Shown here piece after piece: positions 9,612-19,670 of a DNA stretch of 64,000 nucleotides. The notes under the pieces were generated by a model, which did not search any database, was not told the DNA's origin, and saw only the letters and a list, made by a program, of their open reading frames with translations. Every line of letters begins with the position of its first letter. Positions within the stretch are counted from its first letter, which is position 1. The stretch covers positions 1,216,001 to 1,280,000 of the forward strand of contig OZ241869.1 of the NCBI GenBank assembly GCA_965202805.1, in the 5' to 3' direction. A program made the position numbers and the translations under genes. This DNA is from Longimicrobiales bacterium (lineage in GTDB: Bacteria; Gemmatimonadota; Gemmatimonadetes; Longimicrobiales; Gaopeijiaceae).

Positions 9612-10523
9612 ATGGACGATGACGCGATCCAGAGCCTGCTCGACGCCGTTGACGGACGTGTCGACGCGGAAGCCGAATCCGCCCGCCGGCAACTGGCGGA
9701 GTGCGCCAGTTGTCAGGCCCGGGTGGACGCCTGGCGGGAGGTCTTCGGTGAACTCGGCCGGCTGCGCCGGTTCGCCCCTCCCGGGCGCTTCGCCGAGCGG
9801 GTCCTGTCCGGGATCGATCTCCCCGGCGAGGCCGCGAGTCCGTCCCGGGCGTGGTCCTGGGGCCGGCTGCGCCGCTGGCTGTCCCGGACGGCCGCGGACG
9901 CGCACCTCTCCGGGCGCCGGCTGCAGGGGCTCGCGGACGGTGCGCTTTCGCGGAAACGCGCTACGCTGGCGAAGGCCCACCTGGCGACCTGCGCGGACTG
10001 CGAGGTCAGGCTGGCGGGCTGGCGGCGTCTGATCGCCAGGCTCGAGGCCCTGCCCTCCTTCGCGCCGAGTGCGGGCTTCGCGGAGCGGGTGATGGCGCGC
10101 TGGCAGGAGATGGCCGAAGCGACCCCCGGCCGGAGCCGGGCTGCGCGAAGATGGCGACTCCTGCCTCGTTCGCCGCGCGGGTGGGTGCTCGCGGGGACGC
10201 TGACCGGCATGCCGGTTGCCGCTTTCGCCGCGGCGGCGGCTTTCCTCTCCACCGTCCCCCAGCTTACCACCGGCGGCCTCATCACCTATCTGTGGTGGCA
10301 GGCTCGCGACGCCCTGTCGGCGTTCGGAAGCTCGGTGCTGGCGGCGGTCATGCAGAGCGGGGCAGCCTTCCGGGCCTATTCGCTCGCAGATTACCTGATC
10401 GCGTCGCCCGCTACCGCGGTCGCGGCCGCGGCGGGCTTCACCACCCTGATGCTCAGCTCCATCTGGGTTCTTCACCGCAACATAGGCTTCCCCCGTTTCG
10501 CGCTTCGCCATGTTCACAGCTGA
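9612..10523 (+). CDS. Membrane anti-sigma factor with two tandem zinc-finger (ZAS/zf-HC2-like) modules
   Basis: QLAECASCQ and HLATCADCE, each followed by FAP..FAERV; C-terminal hydrophobic helices; lies directly after the ECF sigma. Start uncertain (9579 or 9612). Confidence 0.75.
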   Translation: MDDDAIQSLLDAVDGRVDAEAESARRQLAECASCQARVDAWREVFGELGRLRRFAPPGRFAERVLSGIDLPGEAASPSRAWSWGRLRRWLSRTAADAHLSGRRLQGLADGALSRKRATLAKAHLATCADCEVRLAGWRRLIARLEALPSFAPSAGFAERVMARWQEMAEATPGRSRAARRWRLLPRSPRGWVLAGTLTGMPVAAFAAAAAFLSTVPQLTTGGLITYLWWQARDALSAFGSSVLAAVMQSGAAFRAYSLADYLIASPATAVAAAAGFTTLMLSSIWVLHRNIGFPRFALRHVHS

Positions 10524-12123
10524 CCCCTCCCGCCCCGCCGGCCTGACTCCGGTGTTCGGCGCCGTGCTCGCGCTGTCTGCGGCGGGCGCGGCCCAGCCCG
10601 CCGGCGCGCAGGAGCGGCAGGTGGTATCGAACCGCGTGACCGTGTCCGACGCGGATGCCACCCTGTCGCTCGAATTCGATTCCGGCCCGGCCCTTGAGAT
10701 CTCCTTTCAGAACGGCGAAGTCCGGGTGGACGGTGAAGAAGTCGGGAGCTACCAGGCCAGCGGGGAGCTCGCGGCCTCGTGGCGGTCCCTGCTCTCCGAA
10801 GTCGTTCCGCTGGACGACGGGCCCCTCGCTGAAGCCCTGCTTGCGTGGGAGCCCGGCGCGCAGTTGACCGGTGACGCGCGGGCCGTCGCCGAGCGTGTCG
10901 ACCGAGCGCTTCAGGAGGCGCTCGCCGCCCCATTGCCGGGCGGCAGCGTGATGCCTCAGGTTTCCGGAAGCGCCGAGATGGGAGGCATGGCTCCAGCCCT
11001 GGTTCCCCCTCTGCTGCGCCTTCTCCTGCAGCGGGGGCGGGTGCTGGAAGAGGCGCTCGAGGACGTGGATCTGTCGGAGCTTTCGCTTCATCTGGGCGAG
11101 GACGTGACCGTTGACGAAGGCAGCGAAATCGACGGAGCCCTGCTCGTGGTGGAGGGCGACGCCACCATATCCGGGGAGGTCCCCGGCGACGTGGTCGTGG
11201 TCGCGGGGACGTTGCGCATCGAAGATGACGCGGTCATCCGGGGAGAGGTGCGTGTGATCGACGGGCGGCTCGAGCGCGATGGGGGAATGGTGGAGGGCAC
11301 CCTCCTCACCGTGGACGCCGACGACATCGCCGGAACAGGGAGAATGACGGACGAGGCGGCCTCGGGGAACGAGGAGCGCGACGCGCCCTCGCGTCAGGCC
11401 GAAGTCCGCGCCCGGCCTTTCCGGCATGTCACATCCGGCCTGAGCGGCCTCTTCGGGGACGTATTCTGGCTCGCCGTCATCCTGGCCGTGGGGACTGCGG
11501 TCGTCCACTTCGCCGGAGACCGGCTGCAGAACGTGGCCGACGTGGTGAGAGCTGCTCCGGGACGGGCCGCGCTGGTCGGGATGGCAGGCGGCTTCCTCCT
11601 GCTGCCGGTGTGGGTGCTGGGAGGCCTCGCTCTCCTGGTGTCCATCATCGGCATTCCCCTGATGATCGCCTGGTTGCCCCTCTTCCCCCTGGCCGCACTC
11701 CTGGCCCTCGGACTGGGGTACCTGGCCGTGGCGAGCGTGGTCGGGGAGTGGCTGGCGCGCAAGGGCATCCCGGCTCTGGACCGCTTCCGGCCCTCGAACC
11801 GGTTGCACGTGCTGGCCGTCGGCTTGACGGCGCTCGTTCTCCCCTCCGCCTTCTCGCACGTAACGCAGATGGGCGGGCCGACGCTCGGCTCCTTCCTGAG
11901 CGGGCTGTTCACCCTCGGCGCGGTCGCCATCGCGACGGTCGCGCTTGTGCTCGGTTTCGGCGGCGTGCTGCTCACGGGGGCGGGTCGCACCTCGGACCCG
12001 CGGAGGATGGCGGCCACGTATGGCGGGGGGATCCGGGCGACACGGGCGTGGACCCGGAGGCGTTCCCGACGAGGGTCGCGCAAGGATCCGGAACCCCCTG
12101 GCGACGGCGACACCCGTGAATAG
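10510..12123 (+). CDS. Exported/membrane protein with a bactofilin-like beta-helix region and a multi-TM C-terminus
   Basis: Signal peptide; repeats such as GDATISGEVPGDVVVVAGTLRI..AVIRGEVRVIDG; several hydrophobic helices. Confidence 0.65.
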   Translation: MFTADPSRPAGLTPVFGAVLALSAAGAAQPAGAQERQVVSNRVTVSDADATLSLEFDSGPALEISFQNGEVRVDGEEVGSYQASGELAASWRSLLSEVVPLDDGPLAEALLAWEPGAQLTGDARAVAERVDRALQEALAAPLPGGSVMPQVSGSAEMGGMAPALVPPLLRLLLQRGRVLEEALEDVDLSELSLHLGEDVTVDEGSEIDGALLVVEGDATISGEVPGDVVVVAGTLRIEDDAVIRGEVRVIDGRLERDGGMVEGTLLTVDADDIAGTGRMTDEAASGNEERDAPSRQAEVRARPFRHVTSGLSGLFGDVFWLAVILAVGTAVVHFAGDRLQNVADVVRAAPGRAALVGMAGGFLLLPVWVLGGLALLVSIIGIPLMIAWLPLFPLAALLALGLGYLAVASVVGEWLARKGIPALDRFRPSNRLHVLAVGLTALVLPSAFSHVTQMGGPTLGSFLSGLFTLGAVAIATVALVLGFGGVLLTGAGRTSDPRRMAATYGGGIRATRAWTRRRSRRGSRKDPEPPGDGDTRE

Positions 12124-12982
12124 CGCCAGCCCGTGGACGAATCCGCGCGCGGGACTGCTCTGCGCGGCGGTCGGAGGGCTGGCGTGCACCGCGACCGGGC
12201 TGACCGCCCAGGACTTGAGCACCGTGACCGCATCGCGCCAGCTGGGAGGCGAGCGCGAGGTTCGCGTCCACGTGCACTACGGGGCGGGCGTTCTGCACGT
12301 TCGACCGGGAGAGCCGGGCACCCTGTACCGGATGGAGCTTCGATACGATCCGGATGTCATGGAGCCGCAGACCCATTACGAGGAAGGACTGCTCGAGATC
12401 GGCATGGATCGGGTCGGCAGGGGCATCCGCATGGGCTCACGCGACGGATCGGGACGACTGGACCTGGAGCTGTCCCCGGAGGTGCCTCTGCTGCTGGACC
12501 TGGAGTTCGGGGCGGCGCGGGCGGAGCTGGACCTGGGAGGGCTCGCGGTTCGGGAGCTGCATGTCGAGACGGGGGCATCCGATACGCGCCTCGAGGTGTC
12601 GGCGGCCAACCCCGTGCAGATGGACCTCGCCTCCTTCGAGGCGGGCGCGGCACACCTGGTCGCCAGCGGGCTCGGCAACCTCAACGCCGAACGCATCCGG
12701 CTGGAGGCGAAGGCAGGCAAGGCAACCCTCGATTTCGGCGGGGAATGGCAGCGCGACGCCGAGGTGGACCTCGACCTCGACCTGGGCGCGGTGGAGCTTC
12801 GCTTTCCGCGGGGGCTCGGCGTGCACCTGGTGGTGGATGCCCTGCTGACATCCGTGGACGCCCAGGAAATGTTCAGGCGCGGCGACAGCTACTTCTCCGC
12901 GGACTGGGATGGCGCCGAAACGCGGATCACCGTGGAGATCGACGCGCACGTCGGTTCGATCGACGTGGCATGGACCCCGTGA
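12116..12982 (+). CDS. Exported beta-rich protein (toast-rack/LiaF-LiaG-like adhesin fold)
   Basis: Signal-like segment; periodic motifs YGAGVL, FGAARAELDLGGL, TGAS, AGAA, AGKATLDF, LGAVEL, VGSIDV. Confidence 0.6.
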   Translation: MNSASPWTNPRAGLLCAAVGGLACTATGLTAQDLSTVTASRQLGGEREVRVHVHYGAGVLHVRPGEPGTLYRMELRYDPDVMEPQTHYEEGLLEIGMDRVGRGIRMGSRDGSGRLDLELSPEVPLLLDLEFGAARAELDLGGLAVRELHVETGASDTRLEVSAANPVQMDLASFEAGAAHLVASGLGNLNAERIRLEAKAGKATLDFGGEWQRDAEVDLDLDLGAVELRFPRGLGVHLVVDALLTSVDAQEMFRRGDSYFSADWDGAETRITVEIDAHVGSIDVAWTP

Positions 12983-13031
12983 TGCACTTCACGACCAGGA
13001 TAGGGGCGATAGTCCCGGGGAGAAGTTCGAC

Positions 13032-13262
13032 ATGATCAGCACCCTGGTTACGCTGTTTGCGATTGGTCTGGTTACGCTGCTGGTCGTAGGCGTCCTGCTC
13101 GCGGTAGCGGGCACGGTGTTTTCCATCGGCTTCGGCCTGGCCAGCTTCCTGCTGTTCAAGGTCGCCCCGATCGCACTCCTCGGGTATGTCGTGCTCAGGC
13201 TGATCGCGCCCCGCAAGCGCAAGGAACTGAGCGAGGCCGACCGCAAGTGGCTGGAAGGGTAG
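13032..13262 (+). CDS. Small membrane protein
   Basis: GGAG RBS; two hydrophobic helices and a basic tail ending ADRKWLEG. Confidence 0.7.
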   Translation: MISTLVTLFAIGLVTLLVVGVLLAVAGTVFSIGFGLASFLLFKVAPIALLGYVVLRLIAPRKRKELSEADRKWLEG

Positions 13263-13351
13263 CCGGGCAACCTTCCGCAGGGTTGGACCGGCACGGCCGA
13301 GGCGGCCGGAAAGACGGCGGCTGCCGCCGTGGGGTTCGCGGGCGCGGTCGT

Positions 13352-13573
13352 TCAGCCGGATGGTGCTCGCGGTCGCCAGGCGATGGCCTGCTCGACCTCG
13401 GCCAGCAGATCAGGGTCGGCGAACTCTCCCACCGGAGAAGTACCCACCTGCTCGAGGTCGACGCCGCCTGCGAGAAGCGGCGCGAGCGACTCGGGATAGT
13501 CTCGCACCATCACGTGGGCGGGCATCCGCCGGATTCGGTCCCGGCCGACGCGCGGTAGCGGAGACCACCTCAA
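13352..13573 (-). CDS. Small hypothetical protein coupled to mrp
   Basis: TTG start overlaps the mrp stop (TTGA); protein-like sequence VRDYPESLAPLLAGGVD. Confidence 0.45.
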   Translation of the reverse strand: MRWSPLPRVGRDRIRRMPAHVMVRDYPESLAPLLAGGVDLEQVGTSPVGEFADPDLLAEVEQAIAWRPRAPSG

Positions 13574-14727
13574 CCGGGCCCCTCGCGCAACGCCGCCATC
13601 ACCCCGTCGCAGATGCGGTTCAACGCCTGCGCGACCGCTGAATCCGGCCGGCCCACCACCGTGGGCAGCCCGTCGTCGCCGGAGCGCCTGACCGCGGGGT
13701 CCAGGGGGACGGCACCCAGGAAGGGGACCTTCTGCTCCCTGGCCAACACTTCGCCTCCCCCCGTGCCGAACACGTCCACCGCTTCGCCGCAGTGCGGGCA
13801 GGCCATCCCGCTCATGTTCTCGATGACGCCGATGATCCGCGTGTTGACGCGCTCGAACATCTTGATGCCGCGTCGGACGTCGGTGGTGGCCACCGCCTGC
13901 GGGGTCGTAACCATGATGGCCCCGTCGAGGTTGACGCTCTGCACAAGCGACAGCTGCGCATCGCCGGTCCCGGGAGGCATGTCGACCAGCATGACATCCA
14001 GGGTGCCCCAGCGCACCTGCTCCAGGAACTGCTTCAGGACGCCCGCGATCAGGGGGCCGCGCATGATCGCCGGCTGCTCGTCGGCAAGCAGAAAGCCCAG
14101 GCTCATGAGCTTGACGCCGTGGGCATGGAGCGGCTCGATCATCTCCTTGCCCTTGCCCCCGGACACGCTCGGCCGGCGACGCTCGCCGAACATGACCGGA
14201 ATGTCGGGGCCGTAGATGTCCGCGTCCAGAAGTCCGACCCGCAGGCGGCGGCGAGCGAGCGCGGCGGCGAGGTTGGTGGTGACCATCGATTTGCCCACGC
14301 CGCCCTTGCCGGAACTCACGGCCACCACGTAGCGGGTCTCGGCGAGGATGCCGGGCCGTGGGGTGGGAGCGGGCACCGAGCCGGGGACGAGGCGGGAGGG
14401 CCGCGACGGCGCGGGAGCCGGCGCCGGCGAGCCCGCAGTCGCGGGGCCACCGGCGGGCGCGGCCTGGCGGGAGGGGGCGCTTCTGGGGAGCTGGACGTTG
14501 ACGCGCACCCCGGAGACGCCGCGCACGCCTCCGGCGGCGGTACGGGCGGACTTCACAAGCGAACCGGGATCGTCGGTCCTGAGATGGAAGGCGAAGCGTA
14601 CCAGCCCTTCCTCATCGATCTCGAGCTGCTGAACGTGTCCGCTGGAGACGATGTCGCGACCGCTGGCCGGGTGTCGCACCCCGGACAGGGCATTCGTTAC
14701 CGCATCAATGAGAGTTTGGTGGGACAT
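13570..14727 (-). CDS. mrp: Mrp/ApbC Fe-S cluster carrier ATPase
   Basis: N-terminal DUF59-like domain; SGKGGVGKS, DADIYGP, DMPPGTGD, ENMS..CPHC. Confidence 0.95.
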   Translation of the reverse strand: MSHQTLIDAVTNALSGVRHPASGRDIVSSGHVQQLEIDEEGLVRFAFHLRTDDPGSLVKSARTAAGGVRGVSGVRVNVQLPRSAPSRQAAPAGGPATAGSPAPAPAPSRPSRLVPGSVPAPTPRPGILAETRYVVAVSSGKGGVGKSMVTTNLAAALARRRLRVGLLDADIYGPDIPVMFGERRRPSVSGGKGKEMIEPLHAHGVKLMSLGFLLADEQPAIMRGPLIAGVLKQFLEQVRWGTLDVMLVDMPPGTGDAQLSLVQSVNLDGAIMVTTPQAVATTDVRRGIKMFERVNTRIIGVIENMSGMACPHCGEAVDVFGTGGGEVLAREQKVPFLGAVPLDPAVRRSGDDGLPTVVGRPDSAVAQALNRICDGVMAALREGPG

Positions 14728-14775
14728 GCCCCGCCCAGGCCGAGGTTCAGGTGGGATGTTGAAGTGCCCGTGGAA

Positions 14776-15006
14776 TCAGACGGCGGCTACCCTGGTAACC
14801 CCCGGAATCCGGTCCTTCAGGCGCCGCTCGATGCCCTCTCTGAGGGTGAGCATGGAGATCGGGCAGCACTCGCACGCACCCATCAGGCGCACCATGACAA
14901 CACCTTCCGCCTCGTCGTAGTCGATCAACTCGACATCGCCCCCGTCCTGGTGGATCGCGGGTCTCACGGTGTCGAGGACCTCCTCGATCTTCTCCGTCGC
15001 CAGCAT
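14776..15006 (-). CDS. NifU C-terminal (Nfu) domain protein
   Basis: VRPAIHQDGGDVELI, GACECCP..TL..GIE. Confidence 0.92.
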   Translation of the reverse strand: MLATEKIEEVLDTVRPAIHQDGGDVELIDYDEAEGVVMVRLMGACECCPISMLTLREGIERRLKDRIPGVTRVAAV

Positions 15007-15104
15007 CACTCGTCGCTCTCCTCGCTCATCCGATCGCGCTCCCGACCCTGAGCGCACACGGACTCCGGAATCGCCCGAAGTTTAGGCAGCGCGCGATGGC
15101 GTGG

Positions 15105-16040
15105 TCAACCTTGCTTCGGGTCGGGTAGCGGCCGCGACCGCTGATGGAGCACCCACAGGATGGCGGCGGGAATCACCTCCGCGGCGGTCATCCAGAGCCG
15201 TGCGGCGATGGCGAGCACGGTGGCCGGGGCGCTCCCCAGCGCAGGCGCGAGAAAGGCGATCAGGAACCCTTCGCGAACGCCGACGCCCGCCGGGGCGAAG
15301 AGCATCAGGTAGCCCGCCACGTAGGCCGCCGCAAAGGCGGAGCCCGCGTGGACGGGCGACAGCGCCATACCCAGGCTCGCGGCGAAGATCCAGAAGGATG
15401 CGCCCATGGCCATCCAGGCCCCCGCAACCTGCAGCAGCCAGCGCAACACCAGTGCGGCGGTCAGATTTGCGGGCGGGCTCGTCCGGACCAGGCGGAACCA
15501 CAGGGCAACCGCGGCGCGGAACAGGGAAGGAACGGCAAGCACGAGCAAGAGCAGGCCGGCCGCCACCCCGGCGGCGGCAAGTCCCCAGCGCGGGAGCGGC
15601 GCGGGTCCGCCTGCGAACGCGCCCAACCCGATTGCGCCGGCCGCCAGCAGCCCCACGCCCTGCAGGACCACGGCAGAGGTGGCCGAGACGGCCACGGGAA
15701 CCCCATGCCCCTTCGCGAGCGCGGCCATCCCGGCGATCGACCAGATCTTGCCCGGCACATACCGGCCCATATTGGCGATCATGAAGATGCTCACCGCGTC
15801 GCCCGGGGACATGCGCGGTCCACCCAGGCCGGTCACCACCCCACCCCAGATCAGTCCGCTGAGCGCGTAGGCGGCCAGCAGGAGCAGCGTCGCGGCGATG
15901 AGCGGGATCAGCCGCGGCCGGGCGAGCACCTCCTGCCATTCCCTCAGTTCGGCCAGGGTCAGCCCCACCCGATCGAGGATGAACCAAGTGACGATGACCG
16001 TGAGGGCGACGCGCGCCGCCAGGGAAAGCCACTTCTTCAG
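15105..16040 (-). CDS. Lysylphosphatidylglycerol-synthase TM domain (putative flippase) protein, probable CTG start
   Basis: Multi-TM; NMGRYVPGKIW and PAGVGVREG motifs; CTG overlaps the upstream stop (CTGA). Confidence 0.8.
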   Translation of the reverse strand: MKKWLSLAARVALTVIVTWFILDRVGLTLAELREWQEVLARPRLIPLIAATLLLLAAYALSGLIWGGVVTGLGGPRMSPGDAVSIFMIANMGRYVPGKIWSIAGMAALAKGHGVPVAVSATSAVVLQGVGLLAAGAIGLGAFAGGPAPLPRWGLAAAGVAAGLLLLVLAVPSLFRAAVALWFRLVRTSPPANLTAALVLRWLLQVAGAWMAMGASFWIFAASLGMALSPVHAGSAFAAAYVAGYLMLFAPAGVGVREGFLIAFLAPALGSAPATVLAIAARLWMTAAEVIPAAILWVLHQRSRPLPDPKQG

Positions 16041-18613
16041 GGCTTCGCACTCCCGGTCGCGCGCCGCGCCGACCAGATCCGCAAGGCGTTCGCCGCGAGC
16101 AGGCCCGCCAGGATGACGAAGCCGAGCCAGAAGCTGCGCGCCACCACGTCGGAGCGGTACCACAGCTCGACCTCGGACTCCCCCGCCGGCACGGGAACGG
16201 CGCGCAGGGTGTGGTAGGCGCGCAGCACGGGGGCGTCGCGGCCGTTCACGCGGGCGTGCCACGCGGGATACCAGTTGTCCGCGATGGCGAGCAGCGCCGG
16301 CGCCGAGGAGCGTACGGCGAGCCTCATGCGGTCGGGGCCGCGCTCCACCCAGTCGACCTCTCCGGCAACCGGCGCCCCAGGCAGGTCGACCGGCGGAGGT
16401 TCCGCCAGGACCACCTCCGCCGCCGGGTCGAATCCGGGAGAGAGCATGTACGGCACCGCCTCGTCGTCGGACTTGACGACGGCGCTGCCGACCAGCCGTG
16501 CGCGTGGAAGGCCGGCCTCCACGAAGACCGTCTCGTAGGTGCGGCCATCGGGCAGTTGCGTCCGGCTGAAGACGCTGCCCTGCGGCGAACTCCCCATCTG
16601 CAGATCGGGCCAGAGCAGGTAGCGCACGTTGAGCAGCCTGCGGATGTTCTCGTTGCCGTAGAGGTTCATCGGCTGTCCCGAGCCCACCATGCCGATGAGA
16701 TCGCGGTAACGGGCCAGATCGTTGGGATGGTGCCCCGCGGCGAGCTCGATGCCGTGCAGCGCGGGCATGAGGTCCTGGCCGGCGTTTCGGAAGGACAGCA
16801 TGCGGTAGGGCTCCGGGCTGCCGGCCTCGCGGTCCAGCACCGCCTGGATGTTCGCGTCGGGGGCCGCCCAGCGCTCGAAGTCGAGGGTCTGGATGAACAC
16901 CCGGTCTATGCGGTAGGCGTCGAGCACGACCAGGGCAACGAGCGCGCCCACAACGATCCCGGGCGCCAGATACCGCTTGCGTAGCGCCCACACCAGCGCC
17001 GACAGGGCACCGGCCAGAAAGACGGCGATCCAGGCCCCGGTCCCGATATGGGGCAGCGCGGCCGCCAGCACCTGGCGCCTGGCCTCGGTGATTCCGGGAT
17101 AGAGGACGGAGGTCCACAGCGACGTCAGCGCGCCCGCGGCTGCGAGCAGCGCGATGGCCCCCAGCGTGCCGGTAATGATCAGAACCAGCCGCTGGACCCG
17201 CCGTCCCAGCTCGGGATCCCGGACGCTTGCGAAGAGGCGGTCCGCCCCCAGGGCGGCCAGCGTAGACGCGCCGAAGGCAAGGAGATAGGCCGCCTGCGAC
17301 GGAGCCCGGAAGAGGCTGATCCCGGGCAGCACCTCGTAGGCGATCCGCCAGACGGGCGTGTTGGCGCCGAGCGCGAAGAGCACGGAAACCCCTGCCACTC
17401 CGGCGAAGAACCAGCGCAGCCCGCGGCGGGACCCGCCCACGAGCGAGATCGCGGCCAGCAGGAGCAGCACCAGGCCCGCGTACTCGTGGTTGTGCTTGAA
17501 CGGGTTGCGGCCCCAGTAGGTGTTGTCCGCCCAGCTTCCCGTACCGCCGATGTTGGCCCCGGAGAATTCGGGGATCACGAGGGAGAACGCCTCCTCCGGG
17601 TGCAGGGACCAGGAACCGGACCACTCGAGGGCGGCCTGCTCGTCGAGCGCTTCGGAGGTCGCGGTGCGCCGGGAATCGGCGGTGACGTAGTCGATGGCCG
17701 GCAGGAGCTGGCCGCCGGCGATGAGCGCGCCCGCGATCGACGCCGCGAGAAACAGCCCGAAGCGCGAGACCGCCCGGGAACGCGAGCCGCGCCGCGGGTC
17801 GGCGGCGCTTGCGTCCCGGGCGTCGTCGTCCGCCGGGGACACCGCTTCCGGGCCCGCGCCACGAAGGATCTGAATGCTCCGGAAGATCGCGAACAGCCCG
17901 GTGGCGCCGAACAGGAAGTACGCCATCTGGAAGTGCGGCGTCAGGATCACGAGCGCGATCACCAGGGCCAGCCAGGTGAACGACTTGAGGCCGGGACGCA
18001 GGAAGTGGCGCTCCGTCGCCCAGAACAGGAGCGGGGTCAGCGCGGTGACGAACATCTTGCCGTCGTGACCCGCGAACACGAGCCCGACGAAGACCGGGGC
18101 GAGCATGTAGCCGGTGCCGGCAACCAGCGCCGCCGCCCGGGAGACCCCGAGCGCGCGCACCCACAGGAACATGAAGAAGCCCGCCGCCGCCACGTGGACG
18201 ACGAGCTTCCACCCGAGCGCCCGGTAAGGCTCGACGAGGATGAGCAGCAGGAGCGAGGGCGGGTAGAAGGAATCGCCCCCGCTGAGCGCTTCCACGAAAG
18301 GCGTGCCACCGAGGAACTGCGGTACCCACCCCGGGATGCGGCCCAGCTCCGCCAGGGCGCGGGCGTAGATGGCGCGTCCCGTGTAGCCGGCGGCCAGCGT
18401 GTCGCTCCCGTAGAGCATCGCGTCGCTGAAGATGAACGCGCGGAAGAGGAAGACCGTGAGCCCGAGGAAGAGCGCGCACGGAAGCCAGCCGGGGATGGCG
18501 GGAGCGCCGCCGGAGGCCAGCGCCGCCCGTGACGGGGCGCTCCTGCCCGCGGACGTTTTCTCTGCGCGCGGCTTTCGCGCCCGCTTTCGGCTGCGTCGTC
18601 GCTTCGCGCTCAT
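16037..18613 (-). CDS. YfhO-family multi-TM membrane protein (putative GT-C glycosyltransferase)
   Basis: Many TM helices; PGW.P..LGG.PF, FYPP, FRAP; C-terminal DNWYPAWHARVNG...LRAVPVPAG motif. ATG at 18613. Confidence 0.82.
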   Translation of the reverse strand: MSAKRRRSRKRARKPRAEKTSAGRSAPSRAALASGGAPAIPGWLPCALFLGLTVFLFRAFIFSDAMLYGSDTLAAGYTGRAIYARALAELGRIPGWVPQFLGGTPFVEALSGGDSFYPPSLLLLILVEPYRALGWKLVVHVAAAGFFMFLWVRALGVSRAAALVAGTGYMLAPVFVGLVFAGHDGKMFVTALTPLLFWATERHFLRPGLKSFTWLALVIALVILTPHFQMAYFLFGATGLFAIFRSIQILRGAGPEAVSPADDDARDASAADPRRGSRSRAVSRFGLFLAASIAGALIAGGQLLPAIDYVTADSRRTATSEALDEQAALEWSGSWSLHPEEAFSLVIPEFSGANIGGTGSWADNTYWGRNPFKHNHEYAGLVLLLLAAISLVGGSRRGLRWFFAGVAGVSVLFALGANTPVWRIAYEVLPGISLFRAPSQAAYLLAFGASTLAALGADRLFASVRDPELGRRVQRLVLIITGTLGAIALLAAAGALTSLWTSVLYPGITEARRQVLAAALPHIGTGAWIAVFLAGALSALVWALRKRYLAPGIVVGALVALVVLDAYRIDRVFIQTLDFERWAAPDANIQAVLDREAGSPEPYRMLSFRNAGQDLMPALHGIELAAGHHPNDLARYRDLIGMVGSGQPMNLYGNENIRRLLNVRYLLWPDLQMGSSPQGSVFSRTQLPDGRTYETVFVEAGLPRARLVGSAVVKSDDEAVPYMLSPGFDPAAEVVLAEPPPVDLPGAPVAGEVDWVERGPDRMRLAVRSSAPALLAIADNWYPAWHARVNGRDAPVLRAYHTLRAVPVPAGESEVELWYRSDVVARSFWLGFVILAGLLAANALRIWSARRATGSAKP

Positions 18614-18659
18614 CGCTCCCGCTCCACCGCTCGGCCTCGCTTCAGCCCGCACATGCCGC

Positions 18660-19670
18660 TCAGCCCCGTTCCCGGCGGCGATGCCCGGCGTGATCGCTCT
18701 TCGCGCCGGACAGCTGGCGCTTCAGCGCCTCGACCTCGTGCCGGACGTGGGCGATCTGCTCGCTGATCAGGCCGAATCCCGCGAGCAGGAACCCCAGCGT
18801 CTCGAGCAACACCACCAGCTGGATCAGCAGACGGTACCCGAACGGGGGCACGTAGGGCTCGAACCCCAGCGCCGGGTGCAGGTAGCGCAGATAGAGCGCA
18901 GCCGCCGCGACCAGCCCCCCCAGGACCGCCAGCGCCAGCCCGGAAGCACCGAACAGCAGCAGCGGCTTGCGCGAAAAGAAGACCAGAAAGGCAACCGACG
19001 CCAGGTCCGTGACACCGATCACGACGCGCCACAGGCCCCGGTACTTGGATTCGCCCGCCCTGCGGTCGTAGAGCTTGATGTCGATCTCCGTGACCGTGGC
19101 GCCCCGTCCGTGCGCCAGCACCACGAAGAACCGATGCCAGTCGTGCCTCAGCGTGAGCCCGTCCAGGATTTCCCGGCGAAACCCCTTCATTGCGGAGTTG
19201 AGGTGGGTGACCGGCACGCGGAACAGCAGGCGTGACATGCGGTTGTAAATCTCGGACACCGCCGCCTTGTCGTAGTGCCCGATGCGCCGCCCGGACACGA
19301 TGTCCCATCCCTCGTCGAGCTTCTCCAGAAAGCGCGGAATGTCGCGCGGGGAGTGCTGCAGATCGGCGTCGAAAAGGATGATGCAGGGGCGATCCGTGGC
19401 GTTGACCCCGGTGACCATCGCTTCGGTCTTGCCCCGGTTGCGCCGGTGGCTGACGACGCGGAATCCGTCCCAGTCCGCCGCCTCGCGCCTGGCCACGTCC
19501 GCGGTCCCGTCGGTGGAGCCGTCGTCCACGAGCACGACTTCGCCGTCGAGATGGAACTCGCGGAAGGCCTCCCGCAGTTCGCGCACCAGGTCGGGCACCA
19601 CGGGGGCCTCGTTGTAGGCGGGGATGACGACCGCGAAGTCGCTTCTGTCCTGCCGGATCTCTGGTTTCAG
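18660..19670 (-). CDS. GT2 polyprenyl-phosphate glycosyltransferase (ArnC/DPM-like), probable CTG start
   Basis: VVIPAYNE lies upstream of the ORF-track start; VDDGSTDGT, DADLQH, two C-terminal TM helices. Confidence 0.9.
   Translation of the reverse strand: MKPEIRQDRSDFAVVIPAYNEAPVVPDLVRELREAFREFHLDGEVVLVDDGSTDGTADVARREAADWDGFRVVSHRRNRGKTEAMVTGVNATDRPCIILFDADLQHSPRDIPRFLEKLDEGWDIVSGRRIGHYDKAAVSEIYNRMSRLLFRVPVTHLNSAMKGFRREILDGLTLRHDWHRFFVVLAHGRGATVTEIDIKLYDRRAGESKYRGLWRVVIGVTDLASVAFLVFFSRKPLLLFGASGLALAVLGGLVAAAALYLRYLHPALGFEPYVPPFGYRLLIQLVVLLETLGFLLAGFGLISEQIAHVRHEVEALKRQLSGAKSDHAGHRRRERG

Noticed and set aside
13315..13330. Hairpin ACGGCGG-ctg-CCGCCGT between convergent genes
   Set aside because: Short GC stem without a U-tract; not enough to call a terminator.
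16041..18479. 1124-aa ORF extension of the flippase-like gene
   Set aside because: Shadow frame over the YfhO gene; only 15105-16040 looks like a real protein.
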